The notes under the pieces: generated by a model
The model's input: the letters and a program-made list of their open reading frames with translations, nothing else
Databases searched by the model: none
Told to the model about the DNA's origin: nothing
Source of the DNA: Poseidonia sp.
Lineage (GTDB): Archaea > Thermoplasmatota > Poseidoniia > Poseidoniales > Poseidoniaceae
NCBI GenBank assembly: GCA_022426155.1
Contig: JAKMEE010000047.1
Coordinates: 5,968-69,967 of the forward strand
Direction of reading: 5' to 3'
DNA length: 64,000 nucleotides
Program-made: the position numbers and the translations under genes
Shown here: piece by piece, positions 9,183 through 18,416 of the stretch
How positions within the stretch are numbered: position 1 is the first letter of the stretch
How the letters are laid out: every line of letters starts with the position of its first letter

Positions 9183-10823
9183 GTGCGAACATTCTTCGCG
9201 GCGATGCAAATGCTCGGACTTCCAGCCAACTTGAACGTCAGAAGAACCGCCCTTCAGGCGTCATTCTGGTTGGTGATGCTCATCCTTTTGATGACCGTAC
9301 TGGTGAATTTCATCAATCTGAGTACGACCAATCAACTCTCGGCATACGACGATGATTGGAACGATATGTCAGCCTTCAGGGAAGACATCAAAGAAATGGG
9401 TATTCAAACCAATTCTCTTGTGAGCAGTCCCCTGTTATTGGCCGATATTGAAGATCCTCGAAACACCACTTACATTCTTGCAGGTGTTGAGCGGGACACC
9501 CTGACCTTGCCTCAATTTGATGATGATGGTTTCATCACCATAGCATCTGGTAACGGTTTTTCTCCTTCTGAAATCACCGCAATCGTTGAATTTGTTGAAG
9601 CAGGTGGAACAGCATTGGTCTTGGAGGATTATGGCTACGCAAGTACCATTGCAGAAGCCTTCGGCATCCGTTATACCGGTGAACAAGTGTATGACACGAC
9701 CTATGTCGCTGAATTAGATTACAATTACATTTGGATGTGCATACAATCCAACCCTTGCGGTATGAATGGGACAGATGTGGACCCTAATACACTCAGTTCA
9801 CATGATCGATGGGGGGCCATTGGTGAACCAGGGGCTCACCCCTGTGCGAGTTTGAACGGCGAAGAGATGACATTTGAAGAGGCAGGTCTTTGCTCTCAAC
9901 ATTGGATTGGGGGTACCATCGAATACAATGCCACCTACCAAATGTTGGTCAACAATATCACAGGTCTCGAAGTGATTCCTGGTGTGCGTGGCCCACTAAC
10001 TGAAGTTGCCATTCGCTCCCTGACCAGTAACGAAGCCACCGTTGATGCAAACGGTGACGGCGAGATTTGGGTCGGAAATGAGATCACACCAGAAACCCCA
10101 GATCGATGGGGCCAATTCAACATGAGTATCGAGGTGTGCGCTCGTGCAAGTTGCGATCCAAGCGACGGTGGACGTATTCTGTTCATATCTGATGGCTCAG
10201 CTCTCATCAATGCGATGTACGACTATGAAGGGTTCAATGATGGGGAATATGGGCCAACAGATACGCTCATGCCTCAAAACGATAATCGTAAATGGGCTAT
10301 GGATTTCATCGCTGAGGCCCTGATGAGCGAAATCGTTGGCGAAGAAGGTCAGCCCGCATCCAATGCAATGGTGATTTTTGATGAATCTCGTCATCCCCAA
10401 AGTGCCCTGGCAGGAGACGCTTACAACACCGTATACTTCCTCTTGGTGTATTTCACTGGAGAAGGTTTGGCCATGTTATTGCTCTTCCTGATTCTTTTCA
10501 TTACCTTTGAAGCGGTCCTTATCAAAAAGCGAGACCCAGAACCATGGCGTCACGTTTTCAGTATCATTTACTACGGATTTGGCGATGCCAATCGTTATGC
10601 ATATTATTCCAAAGTTGAGAAAATCCGTCAAGTATTCCTCTCCAAGGTTCGCAATCAAAACGGATTGAACCGTGATGAGTTCCAAAACATGCAGGCCAAT
10701 GAGTTGGTGTCGATGATCAACGACCCCGTTCTTGCTAAATTTGCTGTTGATGCCAATAACCGGTACACACTAGAGCAAACGGTTGCATTGGTCAAACGAA
10801 TCAAGGCGTGGGGACGTCAGTGA
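9183..10823 (+). CDS. DUF4350-like membrane protein (N- and C-terminal TM helices with a large extracytoplasmic domain)
   Basis: 546 aa with a GTG start. N-terminal TM FWLVMLILLMTVLVNFI, then SAYDDDWNDMSAFREDIKEMG...IVEFVEAGGTALVLEDYG, which resembles DUF4350. C-terminal TM LAMLLLFLILFITFEAVLI. It sits directly upstream of a DUF58 gene, as in known DUF4350-DUF58 clusters. Confidence 0.6.
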   Translation: MRTFFAAMQMLGLPANLNVRRTALQASFWLVMLILLMTVLVNFINLSTTNQLSAYDDDWNDMSAFREDIKEMGIQTNSLVSSPLLLADIEDPRNTTYILAGVERDTLTLPQFDDDGFITIASGNGFSPSEITAIVEFVEAGGTALVLEDYGYASTIAEAFGIRYTGEQVYDTTYVAELDYNYIWMCIQSNPCGMNGTDVDPNTLSSHDRWGAIGEPGAHPCASLNGEEMTFEEAGLCSQHWIGGTIEYNATYQMLVNNITGLEVIPGVRGPLTEVAIRSLTSNEATVDANGDGEIWVGNEITPETPDRWGQFNMSIEVCARASCDPSDGGRILFISDGSALINAMYDYEGFNDGEYGPTDTLMPQNDNRKWAMDFIAEALMSEIVGEEGQPASNAMVIFDESRHPQSALAGDAYNTVYFLLVYFTGEGLAMLLLFLILFITFEAVLIKKRDPEPWRHVFSIIYYGFGDANRYAYYSKVEKIRQVFLSKVRNQNGLNRDEFQNMQANELVSMINDPVLAKFAVDANNRYTLEQTVALVKRIKAWGRQ

Positions 10824-10832
10824 GGTGAGATC

Positions 10833-12086
10833 ATGTGGACACGTAAAGCAGCCTTCACCTTCACAGGCGGTATTGCCTTGGTACTGATTGGAATGATGAT
10901 TTCCAATCAACAGATGATGATTCTCGGCTTATCCCTCGTTGCTTTTATCGTTGTTAATTCATGGATTTCAGGCCATGGAGATGTCGAAGTGCAACGAACT
11001 CTCTCTGCTGACAATCTCTACAAGGGTGACGATTTGTACGTTGAGTTGCTAGTGACTAACCGCAGTAATCGTAAGACTCAAATGCTGGACATTTACGATA
11101 ACATCCCTCATGAAATGAAATTACGAAGTGGTCTCAATCAAATGCAACTAAACCTCAAACCTGGTGAAAGTGCCCGAATTCGATACGTCCTGCGATGCCC
11201 TCTGCGTGGTCATTATTCCATTGGGCCTGTCTCGCTACGAGCTCGTAATACCTTCAATCTAGGAGTGGAAGACATGTATGTGGACCACCACAGCGACATC
11301 GTGATATTCCCTCAAATCAAGGATATCGAAGAGGCCTTCTTACGAAGCCGAACCCCCAAGATGTACACCGGAGCGACGACGCTACGAACCCCAGGGCAGG
11401 GGTCAGAGTTCTATTCGTTGCGAGAGTATGTCCCAGGAGATCCGTTCAAGAACATCAATTGGAAGGCTTTCGCTCGTACGGGTGAATTGATGGTCAACGA
11501 AAAGTGCCGTGATGCGGTAACTGATTTGTATCTCATATTAGACAGCAGAGATTTAGCAAGAATAGGTACAGTTCTCAAAAACCCTCTCGAGATGGGGACA
11601 GTTTCTGCAGCAAGTCTTGCAGCGTTCTTCCTGAAGCGACGTGATTCGGTAGCGTTGGCAGTTTATGATGAGAAATTAGCTTATTTGCCACCCGATACTG
11701 GTGACAAGCAGTATTTCAAAATCCTCAGTGCACTCGCAGGAGTGACGCCGAAAGGTAACATGCCTCTCCAAGCAGTGACCAATTCCTTGAGCGGACGTTT
11801 TAGTCGAGGTAGCCCCGTTTTCATCATCTCATCGTGCGAAGGTGACGGAACAGTCCCAGCCGCAGTTCGGGACCTAGTGGGCCGAGGTCACGAAGTCACG
11901 GTGCTGTCTCCATCCAGCGTTGACTTTGAACGCTTAGTGAGCCGAATTCCTCGTATGTCCTACGAAGTTCTCAAAATCGAACGTCAAAATCGTTTGACTA
12001 CCCTAGCAGGTTCTGGGGCACAGGTTATTGATTGGATGCCAGACATGGATTTGTCTCAGGCTTTGATGCAGGTGAGGGGGTACTAA
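10833..12086 (+). CDS. DUF58 domain protein (vWA-like)
   Basis: 417 aa. Signature GQGSEFYSLREYVPGDPFKNINWKAFARTGELMVNE. Two N-terminal TM helices. GAGGTGA SD-like motif 6 nt upstream of the ATG. Confidence 0.8.
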   Translation: MWTRKAAFTFTGGIALVLIGMMISNQQMMILGLSLVAFIVVNSWISGHGDVEVQRTLSADNLYKGDDLYVELLVTNRSNRKTQMLDIYDNIPHEMKLRSGLNQMQLNLKPGESARIRYVLRCPLRGHYSIGPVSLRARNTFNLGVEDMYVDHHSDIVIFPQIKDIEEAFLRSRTPKMYTGATTLRTPGQGSEFYSLREYVPGDPFKNINWKAFARTGELMVNEKCRDAVTDLYLILDSRDLARIGTVLKNPLEMGTVSAASLAAFFLKRRDSVALAVYDEKLAYLPPDTGDKQYFKILSALAGVTPKGNMPLQAVTNSLSGRFSRGSPVFIISSCEGDGTVPAAVRDLVGRGHEVTVLSPSSVDFERLVSRIPRMSYEVLKIERQNRLTTLAGSGAQVIDWMPDMDLSQALMQVRGY

Positions 12087-12087
12087 G

Positions 12088-13308
12088 ATGGCAGGTGAAG
12101 TAGGACTCCAATCTGATGTTCTCCTCGAAGGAACGGCTCGTCCACGAACCCTCCACCTCAAGAATCTTCGGCGTCAATGGCAAATTCTCGCACTGCAAAT
12201 TCTCGCCACAGTGGCATTGATTGGTATGTACATGGAAGTCGTTGCCACCTATGTTGTTGGATCGATTGATCATACAATTTTGTTTGACACCATTGAATTG
12301 TTGATTGGTGACCAACTTCCACTCGGCGACTGGTTGACTGGCGAAGGGAGGAATGGATTAGGTCGTTTCTTTATCCCACTCATCCTCGGTCTTTCCTTGG
12401 GTGGATTGATGTCCTTCATCGCATTCCAAACACCTCAATTCCAGCAACGATTGAAATTAGGCTTCATCATCACCATGATCACCTTGCTCATTGGGCGTTT
12501 GGTTCTTTCATGGCTTGCAGGCATGCTATTCTCATTCGACTTGCGAATGCCAAATGAATCAGAATTGGACACGTTGCAATGGCCATTATTGATGATTATG
12601 TCTCTGATGATCATGTTCATCTATTTACTACCCGTCATTATGGGGACACGAGGTATTTGGGGCCTCTCACGTCGTTCCATTGCTTGGGCCATTGGCTTCA
12701 CACTCCTCTTTTTGGGGATTCATGCTATCTTGACATTCCCGCTCATTAAGGCGCAATTAGGGGCTTATGGCGGCACACTGGCAACGCTTGAAAGTCAATC
12801 GTCGAATCCGACTATCGGATTATTTGGATTGAAACTGGTGACTCAAGAACAATTCAATTTGATTTCCATTGCCGTGTTGATCATGGTCTTCCAAGAAGCC
12901 AGTTACGGCGTGATCCGCAATCTCGAATACGCTTTCCGCCTCCCTGAGTCGTGCAAGCGAGACCCAGAATATGTCCGCCAAATGGACAATGTTCTGAACA
13001 CTCACCTTCGCCACACATTCCTTTTCTTGGGATTGACAGGCATTGCTACCATGGTGGCATTAGGGTTCCACAAAGTCCTGCTCACCGTAGTCTCAGACAC
13101 AACTGGAAATCAATGGGCAGGTCAAGTTTCTGAGTCCATTGAACTCACCCTCACCTATGGACTTGTCATCTCGGCCTTACTCTTCTTGAGCATCATGGCC
13201 GTTCTTCGGTTCTTTGTACCTTGGCAACGTGTGATTGGTTTCATCCAATCTCGTTCCACGCCCTCTGAACAACCTGCAGTCAAGAATCAAGATTTCACAC
13301 AATTGTGA
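12088..13308 (+). CDS. Polytopic membrane protein, function unknown (third gene of the DUF4350/DUF58 cluster)
   Basis: 406 aa with many hydrophobic helices. It starts 1 nt after the DUF58 stop, with AGGTGA upstream. Confidence 0.65.
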   Translation: MAGEVGLQSDVLLEGTARPRTLHLKNLRRQWQILALQILATVALIGMYMEVVATYVVGSIDHTILFDTIELLIGDQLPLGDWLTGEGRNGLGRFFIPLILGLSLGGLMSFIAFQTPQFQQRLKLGFIITMITLLIGRLVLSWLAGMLFSFDLRMPNESELDTLQWPLLMIMSLMIMFIYLLPVIMGTRGIWGLSRRSIAWAIGFTLLFLGIHAILTFPLIKAQLGAYGGTLATLESQSSNPTIGLFGLKLVTQEQFNLISIAVLIMVFQEASYGVIRNLEYAFRLPESCKRDPEYVRQMDNVLNTHLRHTFLFLGLTGIATMVALGFHKVLLTVVSDTTGNQWAGQVSESIELTLTYGLVISALLFLSIMAVLRFFVPWQRVIGFIQSRSTPSEQPAVKNQDFTQL

Positions 13309-13312
13309 TTTC

Positions 13313-13546
13313 TTAGAGTGCTTGTATCAATCGGCCAATGGATTCGCAACAAGCTAACAAGAAGATTGGGAATATAACCCATCCCAGAATGAGCCCCAGC
13401 ATTCCTCCTGAAAATTCGGAAATTACCGGCCCAATGTAGAAGGTTAAGACTGGTATGCACAGAAGTAAGAATCGTTCGATCCAGAGAGGGTATGTGTCCC
13501 CTTTCTCTTCAATGCGATCCAACAATGTGGTTGTCGCCTCTTCCAT
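13313..13546 (-). CDS. 77-aa two-TM membrane protein, last gene of the Roadblock operon
   Basis: TM helices FLLLCIPVLTFYIGPVI and GMLGLILGWVIFPIFLLACC. A GAGGTG motif lies 6 nt upstream of the ATG and overlaps the TGA of the upstream giant gene. Confidence 0.6.
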   Translation of the reverse strand: MEEATTTLLDRIEEKGDTYPLWIERFLLLCIPVLTFYIGPVISEFSGGMLGLILGWVIFPIFLLACCESIGRLIQAL

Positions 13547-13555
13547 TTAAACACC

Positions 13556-16500
13556 TCAAAATTCAACGTTTGATAGTCTAGATTCGAGTTCAGCAAGGGC
13601 GGAATCAGGTTCTGCGCTGGTTGGACTAGGGTGGAGGTCCCGGTGACTCCATGCGGCGTCCAAACGTGCTAATTCGGCTTCTAATTCAGCCCTCTCCCCC
13701 TCAACATCCATCGAAACAGCGGTGGTTCTCGCTGATGACGACTTCACTTCGGCCATTACCTCATTGTCGCTAGGTGCAGGTAATTCCGACCATCCCTCGT
13801 CATCAACTGGAACTTTGGTTTCGCTTTGTATGGATTCCAATACTTCCTCTTCGATGAGTGAGGATTCGAGTTCTTGCATCATTTCTTCGCTCACAGGCAA
13901 TCGTTGACCAGCTGGGATTGATGAACGTTCAAAGGGCAACAAGCCATCTCGTTGGAAATCCCATAACATACCACGTGGAACACCATTGGTGAGTCCTGAG
14001 GCATCCAGTTGGGTGATCAATTCCTCCAACACTCTAGCTGTTTCTTCTAACCCAATGGCTTCACCAGCATCTCGTCGGTCCGCTTCGAGGTAAATGTCAT
14101 CCAAAGCAACTTGGATGAGTTTTCTGGTACCTTGCGCCAAACGTGGAAGTGATTCTGGTCGCTGACAATTTGACAACAAGGCCTGAATTTCATGCTCGGG
14201 TGCTCCGAGTCGTTCCACTTGTTCCAAGACGTTTCTGATTCTGCGCAACATAGTGATGGAACGGTCATAGTCTTCTAACAAATGCTCGAGGTCAAGCACC
14301 ACATGATTGACCGTTTCTCCAAGTTGGTGTTCCAAGCGTTGTTGAACCGACCATCGAGCGAGACCTCGCACGGCTCCTGCTGTTTGTGGAACCTGTCGCT
14401 CCAACAGAGTCATCACTTCTGAGGATAAGAGGTGGCGAGGAGTTGCGGCGACATGATCAACGGTTGATTGAATCACTTGGAGGGCACGTTCAACTGCTCG
14501 GTCCAACATGGTGACTGAATAGCCAAGACTTCGGGCATGTTCCAATCGTTCTAGCACCGGTCCAAGGCCTTCGAAGGTGTTGTTGTCATCAAGGAGCGCC
14601 TGGGCGAGAGGCTCTTCAGCCAACCTTGCTCGAAGGCGTTCTGCTTCCTGAATATCCACCAATGCTTCCTCATGCGCTTCAGCAAGCGCTGTGGCCTTCT
14701 CGACAAGGGATGACAATTCAGCCTCTGCGTGGCCTCTTCTTGCCCCCATATCTCCTAATTCTCGGAGAAGTGTTCGACGTTCGTCCATCAGTTCACGCAA
14801 TTCCGCTTGGATGTTCGCCCGACGGGCCTCATCTTCAGAGAGGCGTAGACGGTCTTCTTCCATCCGCTTTCTCGAACTCCGTTCATCGTTCTTGACCGCT
14901 TCAAGTTCCATTTGGTGGACATGAATTTGTTCTTGCAATTGCAGCACATCAGCTTGGGAACGAGCGTGACGTTCTCTGGTTGCGTTAACCTGTTCAGTGA
15001 GGACTCTCAATCGCCGTTCTTCATCATCACTCTGTTGCCGAACGGTACTGAGTCGCTCTCCACCTTCGCTCAAATTCGCTTGAAGTTCTGCTTCTTTGAG
15101 GGCCAGTGTTTCAATCATCTCGTGTAATTTTGCACTGGATTCGGCCTCGCCCAGAGCCTTGGCAAGTTCTGAAGCTCTTTCACTGACTTGATGTTCTAAT
15201 TCGTTTACACGACGGACCAAACGTTCGGCTCTTGATTCAGCATCTTCACTTCGATTGCGAGATTCCGCCAAGTCAACTTGCATTGAATTCAACTTCGCAT
15301 TGGCTTCTTCCATCGCCACTGAATGAATTTGGCGACTTTCATTTGCTTCACGAGCAACGATTTGAGCCGCATTGGATTTCGTTTCCAGTGCTTTGATCTT
15401 TGATTCCAGCCCATGGTTGGTTTGACGAAGCTCTTCGACGGTTTGTTCAGCCGCTTCAAGCCGACGTTGTAGGCCAGCATCAACTGCTGCAACAGCATTT
15501 TCTTGAACAACGGGCAAACCTTTGCTGGTTTCAACTCCGTCAGTTTTCAACACGACCTTGGCTCTGTCCTTGCGGAGAGATTCAATGCCAATCTCAAACC
15601 CAAGCATCTCGGTTAACTGGTTGCTCAGAGAATTTCTTCGTGCATCCGAACGTGTTCTGATGGTTGCCAAGGTTTCGCAGAATTGGCCCAAACCAAAAGA
15701 TTCGATGGTGCCAGATTTTGAAGATACAATCGTTCCTGCATCAAAGCGATTCAATTTGAGGACTCGCTTGGGTTCAGTGAACATTGTCATGGCTTCATCA
15801 AGATTTTTTGCAGAGGGTGCCCAGAGAGCCACGGGTACACCGCGTGAAAGAATGAGTGAAACTGCTTTGGAGGAGGCACCTGCCTGGATATGGCCCGTAA
15901 TATCCTCTTCGATTGAGGCTTTGAGCATGGACATGACTGCGTCAGGGCCACCTCGTCCTTCACGGAGGGTGAATCCATTCGGAAGGCTAGAGCCATGTTC
16001 CCCAACGGCACCTATCTCACCTTCCAATGCAATGGATGCAGAAGAGATAAGACGAGCATGGTTCGCATCAATTTCGGTCCATACTGCCAGGGCGATATCT
16101 CCACTCTGAGCTAAAAGTAGGGAACCGTTGTTGGTGTGCAGTGTCCAGTGACCGCTTCCAGCGAACCCAAGTTCCATGTGGACGTCTTCAATATGGATGT
16201 CCTCCAAAATGCTCTGAATTCGAGTGGCCAGGTGCTCTGCAGGACTAGGGAGTTCACCCGATTGGTCAATGAGCATTCCAGCATCAACCGCAATAGCGCC
16301 ACGAACAGTAGGGTCTTCGCATAATTGGCGCAAAACTTCGGAGAGGTCTCGAGCTAGCAACCGTTCAACGAAATTGGTGACAGATCCCAAACCTTGGCGG
16401 TCGGTTTGATGTTCAAAGGCCTCGGGAATCAGATTTGCAATTTGTCCGAGTCCCTGAAGCGTGTATTGAGTAGCTGTATGGCGAACTTTCTCAGCATTTT

Positions 16501-16744
16501 CTAGCGATTCAAGAGCTTCACGTGCCTCTGCACCGACGAGTAAATCCTTTTTCTGTGTGTATTTACTTCCTTCAACCAACCATCCAACGATTCGGCCCGC
16601 ACGAACAAGTCGATGGCCAGCAGGTGTCTTCCTTCGTCCAAGCCAAGTGGATATCACTCCGTAGGAGAAGGGCTGAAGCCGACCAGCTTCAAGTGTGATG
16701 TCGTCAGTTACGGGGGTTCCATTGGGCAGTTCAAACATGGTCAT
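13556..16744 (-). CDS. 1062-aa multidomain protein: internal Roadblock/LC7-like domain, PATAN/DUF4388-like module, ~290-aa coiled coil, helical repeats and an acidic tail
   Basis: Long uninterrupted ORF. Residues ~140-240: VRGAIAVDAGMLIDQSGELP...GSLLLAQSGDIALAVWTEIDANHARL (Roadblock-like). Residues ~258-335: ITGHIQAGASSKAVSLILSRGVPVALWA (DUF4388-like). Residues ~420-712 are E/R/A/L/Q-rich heptad sequence. It starts 4 nt after the Roadblock gene stop. AGGTGA lies 6 nt before the second ATG (16738), which may be the true start. Confidence 0.85.
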   Translation of the reverse strand: MTMFELPNGTPVTDDITLEAGRLQPFSYGVISTWLGRRKTPAGHRLVRAGRIVGWLVEGSKYTQKKDLLVGAEAREALESLENAEKVRHTATQYTLQGLGQIANLIPEAFEHQTDRQGLGSVTNFVERLLARDLSEVLRQLCEDPTVRGAIAVDAGMLIDQSGELPSPAEHLATRIQSILEDIHIEDVHMELGFAGSGHWTLHTNNGSLLLAQSGDIALAVWTEIDANHARLISSASIALEGEIGAVGEHGSSLPNGFTLREGRGGPDAVMSMLKASIEEDITGHIQAGASSKAVSLILSRGVPVALWAPSAKNLDEAMTMFTEPKRVLKLNRFDAGTIVSSKSGTIESFGLGQFCETLATIRTRSDARRNSLSNQLTEMLGFEIGIESLRKDRAKVVLKTDGVETSKGLPVVQENAVAAVDAGLQRRLEAAEQTVEELRQTNHGLESKIKALETKSNAAQIVAREANESRQIHSVAMEEANAKLNSMQVDLAESRNRSEDAESRAERLVRRVNELEHQVSERASELAKALGEAESSAKLHEMIETLALKEAELQANLSEGGERLSTVRQQSDDEERRLRVLTEQVNATRERHARSQADVLQLQEQIHVHQMELEAVKNDERSSRKRMEEDRLRLSEDEARRANIQAELRELMDERRTLLRELGDMGARRGHAEAELSSLVEKATALAEAHEEALVDIQEAERLRARLAEEPLAQALLDDNNTFEGLGPVLERLEHARSLGYSVTMLDRAVERALQVIQSTVDHVAATPRHLLSSEVMTLLERQVPQTAGAVRGLARWSVQQRLEHQLGETVNHVVLDLEHLLEDYDRSITMLRRIRNVLEQVERLGAPEHEIQALLSNCQRPESLPRLAQGTRKLIQVALDDIYLEADRRDAGEAIGLEETARVLEELITQLDASGLTNGVPRGMLWDFQRDGLLPFERSSIPAGQRLPVSEEMMQELESSLIEEEVLESIQSETKVPVDDEGWSELPAPSDNEVMAEVKSSSARTTAVSMDVEGERAELEAELARLDAAWSHRDLHPSPTSAEPDSALAELESRLSNVEF

Positions 16745-16748
16745 TCAC

Positions 16749-17090
16749 CTACATTTCAGGGGTTGTGGCGAGAGATCGCCGATGGAGATCGATGCTGTGG
16801 CGCCAGCGTGCAAGATTGCCGCCTTCACCGTGTAGCATAAGGATGCGATGAGGGGTGATGATGTCAACCATGGTTCGAGCCTTGCCCTCAAGCCACACTT
16901 CCTCGAGTTCTCCGAACTCAAGATTTTGAACGGCTTCCAATGCCCCAGCTGCGATGTTGACTGTGCGCTCAACCGCAGGTACAGAGCCTTGTTTGTTGAT
17001 GCCTGCAAGCAACCTTCCCCGATCGTCGATCATCAAGGCTTGCTGAACGCCATTTTGGCCCATCAATGATGTGAGGAGGCGTGGAAGCAT
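16749..17090 (-). CDS. Roadblock/LC7 (MglB-like) domain protein
   Basis: 113 aa. GVQQALMIDDRGRLLAGINKQG...ELEEVWLEGKARTMVDIITPHRILMLHGEGGNLARWRHSI fits the Roadblock/LC7 alpha-beta-alpha pattern. A GAGGT motif lies upstream. Confidence 0.8.
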   Translation of the reverse strand: MLPRLLTSLMGQNGVQQALMIDDRGRLLAGINKQGSVPAVERTVNIAAGALEAVQNLEFGELEEVWLEGKARTMVDIITPHRILMLHGEGGNLARWRHSIDLHRRSLATTPEM

Positions 17091-17280
17091 GGTCGCTCAA
17101 CCTCGGTGACACCGCTGTAGCCTTCAAGAAGTTTTGCGCTTAAACGGGCCAGAACGTTGATTTGGGCACCTTCACTGATTTTCCAACTGGAAATTTTGTT
17201 TCAGCCGTTTGCAGACATGGGCGGTGTGTCCTTGTTCAACACGTTTGTCATGTTCAGAGCAACACTCTGTCCGCAGATAT

Positions 17281-17330
17281 TGAATCTTATTATTTCAATT
17301 AAAAATTTAAAAATTCAATTGCTATATTAC
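17281..17330. promoter_or_regulatory. AT-rich divergent promoter region with TATA-like elements
   Basis: tgaatcttattatttcaattaaaaatttaaaaattcaattgctatattac. Direct repeats TTCAATT (17294-17300, 17314-17320) and AAAAATT (17301-17307, 17309-17315). It lies between the minus-strand Roadblock operon and the plus-strand PP-loop gene. Confidence 0.4.
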
Positions 17331-17404
17331 AGGTAGTTGGCCGAGGAGTTTCGTTTCCTTAGAGGTTCCGTTGAGTTCAAACCCTCAAGCCCCGCCCGGT
17401 AACC

Positions 17405-18415
17405 ATGGAAGAGGCGGATTCAGGTTCACCTTTTCTTGTTCCATCATGCGATTCATGTGAAAAAGCGGCTGTGGTTGAACAGGCGTACTCTGGCCGGATC
17501 CTTTGTGGGAAACATTTGGCCAAATCGGTTCGGAAAAAAATCAGCAAAGAACTTCGTCAGCAATTACAACTGAAAAGGGGCGAACACACCACCATCCTTG
17601 TTGCCGTCTCTGGAGGAAAAGATTCAGCAGTCTTGTTGGATTCATTGGTCGATTTGCTTGGAAAGCGACCCGATGTCACCATCGTTGCTGGAACGGTCGA
17701 TGAAGGCATTGAAGGGTACAGGCCCCCCTCCATCGATTGTGCAACCTCACTCAGTGAACGATTGGGAATCCGTCATGAGATCGTCACTTACCCTGAATTA
17801 TCATTTATTGAAATGGATGAAGTTGTGCAGCGGTTACCGATGGCGATTTCCAAAGACAATAACGCTCCTAGAATGGCGTGCTCATATTGTGGCGTCTTCC
17901 GCCGACAAGGCATCAATCATCTCGCTGAACGGGTTGGCGCTGATGTGATTGCTTTGGGCCATAACCTCGATGACATGGCTCAAACTGTTCTTATGAATGT
18001 CTCAAACGGAGACATTGAACGAACATTGAGGCTTGCCCCTCATACCAACACTCCTGTTGATGGCCTCGCCCCCCGTATTGTTCCACTTCGCTGGGTGCCT
18101 GAGCAAGAGATTCACCTGTATGCTCTCCATCGGTCTCTCCCTATTCATCATGAAGAATGCCCCAACGCCCGTGGTGCCCTACGATGGCGTCACCGAGAGA
18201 TTGTGGCTGGGATGGAAGCCGATGTGCCAGGAACTCGTCATGGTTTGGTTCGCATGGCTGACCAAATCAAATCCTTGAGAGATCAGGTTGTTGAATTGGG
18301 TGGGGGAGATACTCGTCCCGATCCACCGCACCCCTGCCCACGCTGTGGCGGCATGACTTCGGGGACCCAATGCAAGGCATGTGATATGCGGGATTTACTC
18401 GGTGTTGATGATTGA
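17405..18415 (+). CDS. tRNA 2-thiolation PP-loop ATPase (TtuA/NcsA/Ncs6 family)
   Basis: 336 aa. PP-loop SGGKDSAVLL. N-terminal Zn finger CDSCEKAA...CGKH. CSYCGVFRR motif. C-terminal Zn ribbon CPRCGGMTSGTQCKAC. Confidence 0.88.
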   Translation: MEEADSGSPFLVPSCDSCEKAAVVEQAYSGRILCGKHLAKSVRKKISKELRQQLQLKRGEHTTILVAVSGGKDSAVLLDSLVDLLGKRPDVTIVAGTVDEGIEGYRPPSIDCATSLSERLGIRHEIVTYPELSFIEMDEVVQRLPMAISKDNNAPRMACSYCGVFRRQGINHLAERVGADVIALGHNLDDMAQTVLMNVSNGDIERTLRLAPHTNTPVDGLAPRIVPLRWVPEQEIHLYALHRSLPIHHEECPNARGALRWRHREIVAGMEADVPGTRHGLVRMADQIKSLRDQVVELGGGDTRPDPPHPCPRCGGMTSGTQCKACDMRDLLGVDD

Positions 18416-18416
18416 A

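Noticed and set aside
15522-16109. 195-aa plus-strand ORF, together with 14626..14895, 14691..14924, 16136..16324 and others, lying inside the 1062-aa gene
   Set aside because: These are antisense shadow ORFs of a long coiled-coil gene. They are Ser/Pro/Arg-rich and low-complexity, with no motifs, and are fully contained in a much longer, better-supported frame.
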